A stretch of 64,000 bases of DNA from an uncultured bacterium (GTDB lineage: Bacteria; Actinomycetota; Acidimicrobiia; Spongiisociales; UBA5794). This document shows, in pieces, positions 39,432 through 48,697 of this stretch (the first letter of the stretch is position 1; each line of letters begins with the position of its first letter). The translations under genes and the position numbers were made by a program. The DNA lies in the NCBI GenBank assembly GCA_963801165.1, contig CAWDDT010000006.1, positions 288,001 to 352,000 of the forward strand, read 5' to 3'. The notes under the pieces are model-generated. The model was not told where the DNA came from. It ran no database searches and was given only the letters and a program-made list of their open reading frames with translations.

Positions 39432-40558
39432 TCCTCGAGCTCCCATGCGATCTCGGGGTGAGGTGGCTGCGGATTCACCGTCGCTTCATAGGGACGCCAT
39501 CGCCGTGAGAACGTCGCCCGGCCTTGGTACTCCTTGACGGGGAGGCGTATGTGCCACGGTTCAGCACCGTCGAGTCGATGCGCGACGGGTTGACCGGCCC
39601 CCGCCTCGAAGATCGACAGCTCGACACCATCGGTCTCGTGGCCCGGGACGAGCATGATCGTCACAGGGATATCACCAGGACTGTCGGTGCAGTGAATGAG
39701 CGATTCGCGCCGTCCTCCTTCCGGCTGCGAGGTCTGTCGCGGGGCGCCCTCGTGCGCCTGCGCGTATGACATCGCCGCTTCCACACCTTCGGCGAGGTGG
39801 GAGGTGGAGACCCACCACGCACCGCGTCTCGGCCGGCATCCCATCCCCCGGAACGACGCAAGGATCGCTTGGGTAAACGCAGCCACACCCGCTACCTGTC
39901 CATAGGCCGGGTCGGTGGGCAACGTGGCGTAGAGACCGAAGGAATCAACGGCCAGATTCTGGTCAGCCAGCCAATCCGGGATCACCTCCCCGAGTTCGTT
40001 GCCGACCCGAAGAGATTCGAGGGAGACCTGACGACAGGCATCCGCAAAGAAACACTGGATCTTCGCCCGACAAGATGTAGCCATCGCCACGCGGGAGTCG
40101 TCGAAGTTGATTGCATTAGCGAATGGCTGACTGTCCGGGTCGCCGAAATCGGCGACGAGTAGTCCCAGGTGACCTCTCATCAGCCCGTGGCCGCAGAAGT
40201 AGAACATGGCGACGTTGTCTTCATTGCGGTTGCAGCGATCCACCCATTGCCGGAAAGCCGGCCGCAACTCTTCCATGGTTGGTCGTCCGATCCGTTTTGC
40301 CCGGGCCGAGCCGGGGGGTCGGAATCTGCGCGTCGGCGAGACGAGTAAGTCCAGGCTGCCCAGCGGTGCCTCGGAGTTCGTTAGCTCATCCCGGAGAAAG
40401 GTGGCAAACGCCAGTGCGGATTCGGGTGGAGAACTGAGTTTGGCAGTCAGGTTGAGGCCGGCCACGCGAGGGTCATCGATGTAGTCGTATTCGCCGACGC
40501 CGACAACGAGCGCGTGGGTGCGGGGCTCGGCCGATCCGTCGTCGTACAGCGCAGTCAT
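39428..40558 (-). CDS. Caspase-like protease (peptidase C14)
   Basis: ALVVGVGEY, FYFCGHG (His), FADACR (Cys). Confidence 0.9.
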   Translation of the reverse strand: MTALYDDGSAEPRTHALVVGVGEYDYIDDPRVAGLNLTAKLSSPPESALAFATFLRDELTNSEAPLGSLDLLVSPTRRFRPPGSARAKRIGRPTMEELRPAFRQWVDRCNRNEDNVAMFYFCGHGLMRGHLGLLVADFGDPDSQPFANAINFDDSRVAMATSCRAKIQCFFADACRQVSLESLRVGNELGEVIPDWLADQNLAVDSFGLYATLPTDPAYGQVAGVAAFTQAILASFRGMGCRPRRGAWWVSTSHLAEGVEAAMSYAQAHEGAPRQTSQPEGGRRESLIHCTDSPGDIPVTIMLVPGHETDGVELSIFEAGAGQPVAHRLDGAEPWHIRLPVKEYQGRATFSRRWRPYEATVNPQPPHPEIAWELEE

Positions 40559-41643
40559 GCGAGATCGATCACGATGCCGGGGCTCGCGGCTTCGGGGTAG
40601 CTAACCGTGTAGCGATGCCGTTCCATGAGGTGCGGATCATCCCAGACGTCGTTGAATCGAGTCCGGTAGTTGAACAGGAGCTGGGGTCCCGATTCAGGGC
40701 GTTGTCCGCATGCGATCACCCGCGCCACGGCTTCTCTGTCCGGATGCCGGTAGTACGCGCCATTGCTGGAGAAGATGAACCGAGGACACGACACTTGCTC
40801 GACCATTCTTCTCGACACATTCTTCTTACTGCCGTGATGCGGCAGTTTGAAGGCGTCGAGCTCGAGCCGCTCCGATTCTCGCAGCGCCAACAGCCGGCCG
40901 AGAGAGTCCTCTAGAACGTCGGCGTGAGCATCACCGGCGAGCAGAACCGCGACCTCCTGACCATTGTCGGTGTATTCGGCGAGGAGGGCGATGGTCGTGC
41001 CGTTAGCGACGCTGCGATCCGGTGCGAAGGGTGCATCCTTCAATGCATCGAAGTCGAACGAGCCGAACGTCTCCCATCCCGGTAGCTCCTCCGGCACCGA
41101 CGCCGGCACCTCGGGGTCCAAGCCGGCTTCACGCACCACCCTGCTCCACCCCGGCCGGAGGGCGGCGAGCTGCGCCCGGCCCGGGGAGAGCACCGTCATA
41201 CGGAGCCCTCCCGCCAGTTTGCGCGACACCGGTGCCCCTAGGTCCGCGACGGCGATCGCCGGACCGAAGGGTCGGCTCCCGTTCCAGGTTTGGTTGCGAT
41301 CGAGGATTGCCTTGGTGAGTCGTTCGCCTGCGATCGGCCCGAACACCTCGTGCTCTTCCGACAGATGCGGGAATCCGTTGAACCAGATGTCGTCGATTGC
41401 CAGGTTGGTGTCGTTCTCGAGCAAGGTGACGATCCCATCGATGTGGTCCGCATCTATATGGGTCACCACAACGAGATCCACCCGGCGATCGCCCACGGGT
41501 AGGTCCTCGAGGCATCGGAAGACGCTCTCGCTCGTATCTGACGTACCGCCGTCGACGAGGATTCGATGGGGAGCGGCCGGATCGCCGTAGACGATCCAAA
41601 GCGCGTCACCCTGACTCGCCGGCAGCGCGCTGAGACGGAACAC
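40555..41643 (-). CDS. MBL-fold metallo-hydrolase (ComEC/Avs1a-like)
   Basis: QGDA, LVDGG, THIDADHIDG, LLAGDA, KLPHHGS, HP. Confidence 0.88.
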   Translation of the reverse strand: MFRLSALPASQGDALWIVYGDPAAPHRILVDGGTSDTSESVFRCLEDLPVGDRRVDLVVVTHIDADHIDGIVTLLENDTNLAIDDIWFNGFPHLSEEHEVFGPIAGERLTKAILDRNQTWNGSRPFGPAIAVADLGAPVSRKLAGGLRMTVLSPGRAQLAALRPGWSRVVREAGLDPEVPASVPEELPGWETFGSFDFDALKDAPFAPDRSVANGTTIALLAEYTDNGQEVAVLLAGDAHADVLEDSLGRLLALRESERLELDAFKLPHHGSKKNVSRRMVEQVSCPRFIFSSNGAYYRHPDREAVARVIACGQRPESGPQLLFNYRTRFNDVWDDPHLMERHRYTVSYPEAASPGIVIDLA

Positions 41644-41764
41644 CTACGCACCTCCCCCCGATCGCTGGTTGACATCCTTCACCCGATCTTCGCCCATCCT
41701 ACCCGGCTGGATCCGAACCGGTCAGTACCCGCAGACGGCTCTCGCCGAGATTCGACTCGTCCGT

Positions 41765-41812
41765 TCGTCGGCTGACCGGGTTTGAACCCGCGACCTCTTG
41801 ACCCCCAGTCAA
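41765..41812 (-). repeat. att site: displaced 3' half of tRNA-Pro
   Basis: 23-bp exact core GCGACCTCTTGACCCCCAGTCAA at 41790-41812 and 50734-50756, within a ~48-bp imperfect repeat. Confidence 0.9.
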
Positions 41813-41937
41813 CGAGGGACCTTGACGGATGGTGTCGAGCAATGATGAGTTGCCAGCGAAAACCCGGTGTGACCAGGGATTACGGTGCCAGGTCGTGCTC
41901 GGTGATTCCACTGCGTGTTACCTGGTTCTCCAGTCGA

Positions 41938-41956
41938 TAGGCGCCAGATAGGCGCC
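41938..41956. promoter_or_regulatory. Putative integrase arm-type sites (TAGGCGCC x2)
   Basis: Identical pair with an 11-bp period also at 50629-50647, inside the opposite end. Confidence 0.7.
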
Positions 41957-42294
41957 AGCGCCGGCCCCGGCCTCGAGAAGTCACGCTATCCTCGCTGCAG
42001 TTGAACCCACACGACCTCCCTCGGGGCGGCGGGCTGCATGACGGATTCAAGGTGCTTCGAGCCGTGCCCACCGGGGAGCAGGAGGCGACGGAAGACCCTG
42101 TGATGCGCAGGGAGGTCACCCTTTCCGACGTCGACTCTTGTCTTGGCGTAGATCGTGTCGTTCCTCGTCTCATCGTGACCCAAGTGCCCGGCGACCGGCG
42201 CTCGTACCTCTGACGCACCGGTGGGGCGGTCGGTCGATCTGTGCAGTGCTCGGCACCTTCGCCATCTACGCGCCTCCGGCGAATCTTCAGGGCT

Positions 42295-43014
42295 TCAGGC
42301 TGGATTGCAGGGGTCGTCCCCGGCATTCATGATGGGCGCATCCTCGTTCAGCTGCTGCAGCTGAACGAGCGCGCGGACGCCGGGCCCTTCTGGAGCGTTT
42401 TCGGTTGAGAGCCGGATCCAGAGACTGGCGTCGTCGAGGGGTAGCGCGAGGTTGGGCTGTACGTGAGTGAGACGCCCGGTGGCGCCTGTCGTGACGTTTG
42501 AGAGCGACCCGAGGGGTACCTGATCCTGCCCGCTGCAGGTACCGAGTTCGATCGCGACTTGCGTAGCGGGAGCAGAATCTCGGACGGTGAGCAGCAACCA
42601 GACTACCGGATCGATTGCGGCTGGTTCGTCAACGACTACGAACGTAAGTGTGGCCGACAAGCCGTTCGCCGCCGGCAGGTCGTAGGTTGCAGCGGCCGTT
42701 GGGCCGGAGAACTGGCGGGCATCCGACGCCAGCTCCTCATTCCGAGCCTTCATCGCTTCCAGAGCGGTTTCAACACGTTCGAGCTCCGCCTGCGCTACGT
42801 CCCTGTCCGCCTCGACAGAAGAGACAGCTGCTCGGAGCTGAGCGATCTCTTGACTCGCCAGCTCCGGTCCGTCCGCTAAGGCTCCACGAGCCCCGTTCGA
42901 CCCGGCCGACTGGAGCACCCACCCGGCCGTGAGGCCGAGAGCGAAGACGAGCGCAAACAATCCAAGCCGAGAAATCCACCGCATAGCGCGCGGCCGTCCT
43001 GAGCTGCCGTTCAT
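42295..43014 (-). CDS. Membrane-anchored hypothetical protein (TM, coiled coil, beta-rich domain with 2 Cys)
   Basis: ATGA overlap with the upstream gene; LGLFALVFALGLTAGWVL; heptad segment. Confidence 0.7.
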   Translation of the reverse strand: MNGSSGRPRAMRWISRLGLFALVFALGLTAGWVLQSAGSNGARGALADGPELASQEIAQLRAAVSSVEADRDVAQAELERVETALEAMKARNEELASDARQFSGPTAAATYDLPAANGLSATLTFVVVDEPAAIDPVVWLLLTVRDSAPATQVAIELGTCSGQDQVPLGSLSNVTTGATGRLTHVQPNLALPLDDASLWIRLSTENAPEGPGVRALVQLQQLNEDAPIMNAGDDPCNPA

Positions 43015-43649
43015 TGCGGAGTGGCTCTTGTTAGCGATGCTGCAATCATGGCAGCCCCGGCAAGTCCCCCGGCGATTCGCCACGTGGCCCGCCACCATTG
43101 CGACAGCAGTTGTTCGACGGCGCGTTCCAGGCCGGGATGACCTGACGGAGCGACAGCTCCCAACCAGAATGCGAACGCTCGGCCCGCGCCGAAAGCGAGC
43201 CCTGCTTCCAGGCCGTGGCCGTTGAGAGCAGCGACGATCAAGGCAACCCACAGCAAGGACGACGAGACGACCGTCCACCAGCCCAGGCCCAAGAGAAACC
43301 CAAAGAGAGGGACCCCGACAATGCGACGCTGAGCGGTATGCCGCCAAACCTGGTGACGTCGCGGGGAGAACACGCGCGGGCGACCTGTCAATGACGTCGC
43401 GAGAACGAACCCACCCAGCAATGTGAGGGCAACGCGATAGGTGGAGCCGTCAGTAGCCACGTCCGGGACCAGCCTGTCCAGGGTCGCGAAGGAGGCAACG
43501 GCGCCGGTCATTGCGCCGAGCGTGAAGAGAACCGATCGAGTGATTCGCGTACCTGGTCGACCGACCTGACCGCCGCAGATGGCGTTGATCCCTCAGCCGG
43601 TCGCCGTCATAGCTACCGCTGCCAACAGAGCAAGTACCACGCTCGCCAC
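43011..43649 (-). CDS. MauF/DsbD-like membrane protein with in-frame TGA at codon 19 (probable selenocysteine)
   Basis: GGAGG RBS, GTG 43649, MASVVLALLAAVAMTATG-TGA-GINAICGGQ... continues in frame into ORF 43011..43511; RHQVW, GFLLGLGWWT and FGAGR motifs. Confidence 0.7.
43547..43576 (-). promoter_or_regulatory. Candidate bacterial SECIS hairpin
   Basis: GCGGCGGTCAGGTC-GGTC-GACCAGGTACGC, 17-46 nt after the TGA, apical GGUC loop; folded by hand. Confidence 0.5.
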
Positions 43650-43671
43650 GGAACCTCCCTTCATCAAACCG

Positions 43672-44127
43672 CTAGCAGGCACTTAGAACCCTGGCGCAGA
43701 TGCACCTCACGCCGGCGTCGTTGTCACAATCGCAGCAGATGGTGGTCCGACACGGTGATTGGGTTGTACAGACCCAGCAGCTCATGCCCGAGCCCCAGCT
43801 GTTGGGCTTCGTGCAAGGCGAGTTGCAGGAACTCCCTGAGCAACTGCAGCCATTGGTGCTGCATCCGGTGCCACAGCAAGGCGATGGCCCACAATACTGG
43901 GGACAGCATCCACCTGTCGGTGAACCACAGCTCGCCGCAGTGGCTGACGCGGGGCGGAACAGCGCGCCGTGCGCAAGTGTGTAGGCAAGTCCGTAGAAGG
44001 CTGCATCCGCGGCGCGCCTGAGGAATCGTCGCCGATCCATCGCACCCGCCACACGGGTCGCGGCCGCCACCGCCTTAGGGTGGTCTTCATGCCCGGGATG
44101 TGGCGATGATCGTCCATGGTGTCGCAT
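43672..44127 (-). CDS. Tat-exported cysteine-rich miniprotein (20 Cys in ~89-aa mature part)
   Basis: MDRRRFLRR twin-arginine motif, h-region, ASA cleavage site; CC, CWVC, CCDC, CIC. Confidence 0.85.
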   Translation of the reverse strand: MRHHGRSSPHPGHEDHPKAVAAATRVAGAMDRRRFLRRAADAAFYGLAYTLAHGALFRPASATAASCGSPTGGCCPQYCGPSPCCGTGCSTNGCSCSGSSCNSPCTKPNSWGSGMSCWVCTTQSPCRTTICCDCDNDAGVRCICARVLSAC

Positions 44128-44128
44128 T

Positions 44129-44725
44129 TCAGCCCCCGTCCTCGCCACGACCCTGAAGGACTCGGTTCGTCGGTCGTGGCGAAGGTGACACCGCTGACCA
44201 AGCCAGAGCCTCGAGATCCTCTATTGAGTTGACCAACGACTTGGCAATGACCGTTCCCGTTTCGTCGATCACGTGTACGAACGGCGTGCCCCGGATGTCA
44301 AGGGAATCGAACACCTCCGCATCAACGACACCGGCAACAAGCTTCGTGGCCGGGAGTTCGCCGGTCACAGTGTCGTCGTCTTGGCGCTGCAACCACACGA
44401 ACTCGAGACTCTCGTTCCATCCTGCAATGAAGGAGTCCAGATCAGGAAGGAGGGCCTGGCATATTGGGCAATCTGGCAGTGAGAATATCGCGATGACGGA
44501 CCGCTTGTTTGCCGACCCGTTCCATTCGAGTCGATGCTCGCGCCCGTTGCTAGTGAAACTGATCGGTGGGGCCTTGGTTCCAATCGCGATCCCTCCGAGG
44601 TTCACCCGTCCTCGGCCGCCGAGATACACGAGACCAATCTGCCGGTACAGCAATAGAAGCGCCACACTCGAGAAGACGGCAATGAACCACAGCAGGCCAT
44701 ACGAGAGCCAGAACAGATCGCTCAT
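44129..44725 (-). CDS. MauD-like membrane-anchored thioredoxin
   Basis: LLLLYRQIGLV, GIAIGTKAP, CPIC, GTPF, KSLVNS. Confidence 0.85.
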   Translation of the reverse strand: MSDLFWLSYGLLWFIAVFSSVALLLLYRQIGLVYLGGRGRVNLGGIAIGTKAPPISFTSNGREHRLEWNGSANKRSVIAIFSLPDCPICQALLPDLDSFIAGWNESLEFVWLQRQDDDTVTGELPATKLVAGVVDAEVFDSLDIRGTPFVHVIDETGTVIAKSLVNSIEDLEALAWSAVSPSPRPTNRVLQGRGEDGG

Positions 44726-45252
44726 GGCGCCGACCTCAACTGGAGGCCGAGCTCTTCGAGCACGTTAGGTACGGCAACGACCAGGACAGAACCGAGCAGG
44801 GCCAGCATGTAGAGGAGCGCCCCTTCCGCCGCGCCCAGCCTGCCGAACATCATCGGTGACGGCATTGCCCAGATCACACCGGCCCCGGCGATCAACACGG
44901 CGTTTCGAACGAGAGCAAGGTTGCCCGTTCTAAGGTGCCCTATGCCGCAGCCGCAGGCCGAGGCTACCCCCGCCCGAACATTGGCCGCGATGGCCGCCGT
45001 GAACCCAGCGAGCGTGCCGCCAGCGAGCACGGCCCCAGCTACTCCAGGGATCGACGGCATCAAGAGAAAGGTGGCAGCCAACAGCTCCAGAAAGGGAATC
45101 CCATATGAGACTATCTTGCGAAAACGCGAACGACGCATCAGCCAGACATATCCGGAGAGGGCACGAACAAATTCGTCGCGTGACCGCAGCTTCGCGATGA
45201 AGGAGAGAAGAAAGACGAACCCAAGTGTGAGTCGGATCCATTCGACGTACAC
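44722..45252 (-). CDS. MauE/DoxX family membrane protein
   Basis: FLLSFIAKL, CGCG, LVRN; AAGGAGG RBS before GTG 45252. Confidence 0.88.
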   Translation of the reverse strand: MYVEWIRLTLGFVFLLSFIAKLRSRDEFVRALSGYVWLMRRSRFRKIVSYGIPFLELLAATFLLMPSIPGVAGAVLAGGTLAGFTAAIAANVRAGVASACGCGIGHLRTGNLALVRNAVLIAGAGVIWAMPSPMMFGRLGAAEGALLYMLALLGSVLVVAVPNVLEELGLQLRSAP

Positions 45253-45378
45253 AATCTCCCTCCTTCTGGACAACGATACACACGCATAGCCCAGAATGGG
45301 GGAGCCGCGCAAGAAATCCCTCCTGATCCGGTGGTCGAAGCGCCGTGCCCGGGTCGCAAAGCGTCGTCCTTCCGCATG

Positions 45379-48120
45379 TCATCGGGCGGTGCTACGGGTG
45401 CTGTCTCGGTTTCGGGTGCGTTCGGCGTTGTGGCGTTGTCTGGCGGCTTCGATGCTCTGGTTGATCTTCTGACAGATCTCGTGGTCGTCGTCGGAGCCGT
45501 GAGCTGGCTTGTCGACGTCGTGGTCGGGTGGGTGCGTCCCGGCTTGCAGCTCGACTCCGAGCGAGGAGGTCAACACCCTGCCGGCTTCGAGGCGTGTTCG
45601 TTGGGCGATGGCGGGTTGGTCGATCCAGTGCCGGACCGCGGCTTGGGTAAGCACGTCGGCTGCTGTCTCGCCGTCGTTGGTGACGACGTAGGCGTGGTTG
45701 GAGGTTCGGCCCCGTGTCAGCGGCGTGTAGAGGCCGCGGCTGTCGGTGGGGCCGTCGACGAGGAGGAGCCCGGTGTCGACGGTGCGGCCTTGGGTGGCGT
45801 GGCTCGTCTGCGCGTAGCCCAGCTCGAGGTCCTCGGCGGCGTAGTCGGCGGGTAGACGAACCCTGCCAGCCCTACCGGCGACGGTGACGGCGCCGTCGGG
45901 GTGGATGGCTTCTATGGTCCAGTGGTCCCGGTTCTTCACCATGACGCCGCGGTCGGTGCGTAGGGTGCGCTGGTTGTGGCGGGTGACGACTTCGTCGCCG
46001 ACAAGCAGCCGCTGGCGGCCGAGGCCGAGGGCAGGCCCGTTCGGGTCGAGCTCACCGGTGGCAATGCGTCGTTGTTGGGTTAGCTGGTTGAGACAGTGGA
46101 CGGTGTGGTTGGTGTTGGCCATCAACGCTACCGACTCGCCCCGCCGCCGCGCCTCATGCCAGGCGTCGACGATGGCTGTCTCCATGGCGTTGGGGGTGCC
46201 GTCGTGGAGGCGACCGTGACGCTCATACTCCGCCAAGACGGAGGCATCTCCAGTACGAATTCGCCGGGTGGCGTCGGCTTCCCATTGGTGGGTGAAGCGG
46301 TGGATGTGGTCGAGTTCGACAGCTCCGTGGGTGTCGATGAGGCGGGCGAACATGCCGCCCCGACCGACGGCGGAGAACTGGCGAGGGTCACCCACCATCA
46401 CCACCCGCCATCGTTCCACGTCGGCGAGACAGGTGAGGGCGGCGAGTTTTGGTGTTGAGACGGTGCCGGCCTCATCGACGATCACCGTCGAGCCCCGCGG
46501 GAGATCGTATGGCGGTTGTGGTGGTCGGTCGGGCCGGGCGTGTTCGTAGAGGAGCTTGTCGAGGGTGTCGGCTGGCATGGTGGTTTCTGTGGCGAGCACC
46601 TCGGCGGCTGCTGCGGTGGGTGCCACCCCGAACACCGTCTGACCGCGGTCTTGTAGGTAGGTGACGGCTGGGGTGAGGGCGGTGGTCTTGCCGGATCCGG
46701 CGGGTCCGACGATCAGCTCCAACGGTGCCCCACCGGATGCCGCCCGGCACGCTTCGGCTTGACCCGCGCTCAGACCCTGCGTGTCTAGGCCCCGGGGTCG
46801 GGTGTTGATGATGTCGGCGAAGCGGCGCTGGCGTTGAGCCCACTCCACGATCCGTTCCTCCTCCTCGAGAATGGCGTGGGTGGTGAGGGCCCGGTCGAAG
46901 GCAGCTTCGCTGATCGGGCGCCCATCACGGCGCAACACAGCACCAGACGGCACTGGTGGGGACAGATCGACACAGCGGTTAGCGGCGACGTGGTTGGCGA
47001 GGTCCTGCAAGAAGCTGCTCAGACGATCCGGTTCGACCGTGATACTGGTGGGGACCTGGGCGGCGAGCTCACGGACCAGTTCGGCGGGACGCCACGTCGA
47101 CTGCCGCTCTGCCAACGCCCCTAACGCCGCCTCCACCATTCCGGCCATTGTCGCCTGGTCGATGCCGGTCGCCTCGCGGACACGACCCACCACGGCGGCG
47201 ACGAGGTGGTGTGGTTCGTAGCTGAGGGCTTGCAACCTGCTGCGCCACCCGGCGTGCAACTCGCCGGCTGTGTGACCGTGCGTTTTGGCGGGGCGACTAT
47301 CCAGCACAGCTTCTCGTTCCAGGCGCCACCGTTCCCGTGGTGTCGGCTCCCGCCCGAGGTCGCTACGGAACCGGTCCAGTTTCTCGTCGACACGCGTCTC
47401 GATGTCGCGGCTGCGTTGGGAGAACTCGGCCAGCACCCCCGCATCGACACCGACCATCTCAGAGATCCCATTCACTGGAGGCTGCCAGCGGACTCCGAGG
47501 CGGCGGGTCAGCTCGGCCCGCAACCCGGCGTGATACAACCCCGACAGGGTCCGCTGATCCATCTTCAACGTGCGGGCATCGAGCGCCAACCACCGTCCAT
47601 CCGGAGAGCGGACTCGGTTGGCGATCACCGCATGGGTATGCAGCTGCGGGTCGAGGCGACGGCTGGTGTGCTGACGGAATACCCCCACCACGATTCCTTC
47701 GGCGTCGACACACACCACATGACCCCGCCGCCGCAACCGAGTGTGCGCCTGCGACTCGATCCAGTCGAGCACTGCGTCGACGGCCCGGTCATGCGCCTCC
47801 GTCACCTGCGCTCGCAGTTGTTGGTCGCCGATGGCGAACAGCACCGACACCGACTTCGGCGCCGAAAACGTCGCATCGAACCCCCGCACCGAACCGTCGC
47901 CGAAGCGGCGGCCCAACCGCTCACCGCTCATCGGAGCCAGTCCGGCCATCACCGCCAAGAACGCTTCATCATCGACTTGCCCTCCGAGACCGAGCATCCG
48001 GGCGCCGTGTCCGAACCAGCGACCCGGCGGCTCACCGCTGTCGAGGTAGTACGACGGGAGCTGCTCGGTGTAGTAGCGACCAGCCTCGGTGCCCTTCAAC
48101 GTCGTCACCCGCACCGTCAC
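45379..48120 (-). CDS. MOBF (TrwC-like) relaxase-helicase
   Basis: YY..YY, FSAPKSVS, HTSRRLDPQLHTH, GPAGSGKTT, VDEAG, GYAQTSHATQG. Confidence 0.95.
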   Translation of the reverse strand: MTVRVTTLKGTEAGRYYTEQLPSYYLDSGEPPGRWFGHGARMLGLGGQVDDEAFLAVMAGLAPMSGERLGRRFGDGSVRGFDATFSAPKSVSVLFAIGDQQLRAQVTEAHDRAVDAVLDWIESQAHTRLRRRGHVVCVDAEGIVVGVFRQHTSRRLDPQLHTHAVIANRVRSPDGRWLALDARTLKMDQRTLSGLYHAGLRAELTRRLGVRWQPPVNGISEMVGVDAGVLAEFSQRSRDIETRVDEKLDRFRSDLGREPTPRERWRLEREAVLDSRPAKTHGHTAGELHAGWRSRLQALSYEPHHLVAAVVGRVREATGIDQATMAGMVEAALGALAERQSTWRPAELVRELAAQVPTSITVEPDRLSSFLQDLANHVAANRCVDLSPPVPSGAVLRRDGRPISEAAFDRALTTHAILEEEERIVEWAQRQRRFADIINTRPRGLDTQGLSAGQAEACRAASGGAPLELIVGPAGSGKTTALTPAVTYLQDRGQTVFGVAPTAAAAEVLATETTMPADTLDKLLYEHARPDRPPQPPYDLPRGSTVIVDEAGTVSTPKLAALTCLADVERWRVVMVGDPRQFSAVGRGGMFARLIDTHGAVELDHIHRFTHQWEADATRRIRTGDASVLAEYERHGRLHDGTPNAMETAIVDAWHEARRRGESVALMANTNHTVHCLNQLTQQRRIATGELDPNGPALGLGRQRLLVGDEVVTRHNQRTLRTDRGVMVKNRDHWTIEAIHPDGAVTVAGRAGRVRLPADYAAEDLELGYAQTSHATQGRTVDTGLLLVDGPTDSRGLYTPLTRGRTSNHAYVVTNDGETAADVLTQAAVRHWIDQPAIAQRTRLEAGRVLTSSLGVELQAGTHPPDHDVDKPAHGSDDDHEICQKINQSIEAARQRHNAERTRNRDSTRSTAR

Positions 48121-48204
48121 AGTGCCACCTCCACCCTGTCACCGCAGGTGTGCACTCGTCTGTCCTCGAATCGCCGCGGGTGGGTACACATGGGATCTCC
48201 GTCC

Positions 48205-48600
48205 TCAGGTGGAGCTGGGCTGCGAGTCGAAGAGGTCGAGCTGATCTGCGATACGGTCCCGGCGTTTTCGAGTCGGCCTTGTCGTCGGTGAGCGCTGAGC
48301 CGGTGGTTCTTCGGCCAACTCGCTCGGGCGTGGTTTCGGTGGTTCGGCCGGCAGTACGGCTTCCCTGGTCTCTTCGATCCGGCCGGGGCTGTCGAAGTAG
48401 GCGAGTTCAGCACCGATCAGATCCTCGAGCGCCCGCCGTGGCACCCGCAACACATGACCCAGATCGATCACCGGCAGACCCGACCGTCCATCGGTCTCCC
48501 GCCACTCCCTCGCCATTGCATACGCCTTGGTCCGCCCGATCCGCAGCAGCACGCCAGCTTCCTCCACGGTCAGAAGAACCGGGACCGTCTCACCAGACAC
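48205..48600 (-). CDS. Excisionase-like helix-turn-helix protein
   Basis: LLTVEEAGVLLRIGRTKAY...LRVPRRAL. Confidence 0.85.
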   Translation of the reverse strand: MSGETVPVLLTVEEAGVLLRIGRTKAYAMAREWRETDGRSGLPVIDLGHVLRVPRRALEDLIGAELAYFDSPGRIEETREAVLPAEPPKPRPSELAEEPPAQRSPTTRPTRKRRDRIADQLDLFDSQPSST

Positions 48601-48697
48601 AACCTGCCACCTTTGATCTCACTGCCTACTCCTTGTATCATACACAGAGTTTCAGCGCACTACCACCACAAGTCACAAGTTGTGTATGCTTTTGGTG

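Noticed and set aside
41699-41911. 70-aa ORF containing TGGQEVAGSNP
   Set aside because: It is a translation of the tRNA-derived att fragment.
43672-44127. Calling the Cys-rich protein MauA (methylamine dehydrogenase light chain)
   Set aside because: The Cys/Trp spacing does not match MauA as I recall it, and mauB and mauG are absent from the operon.
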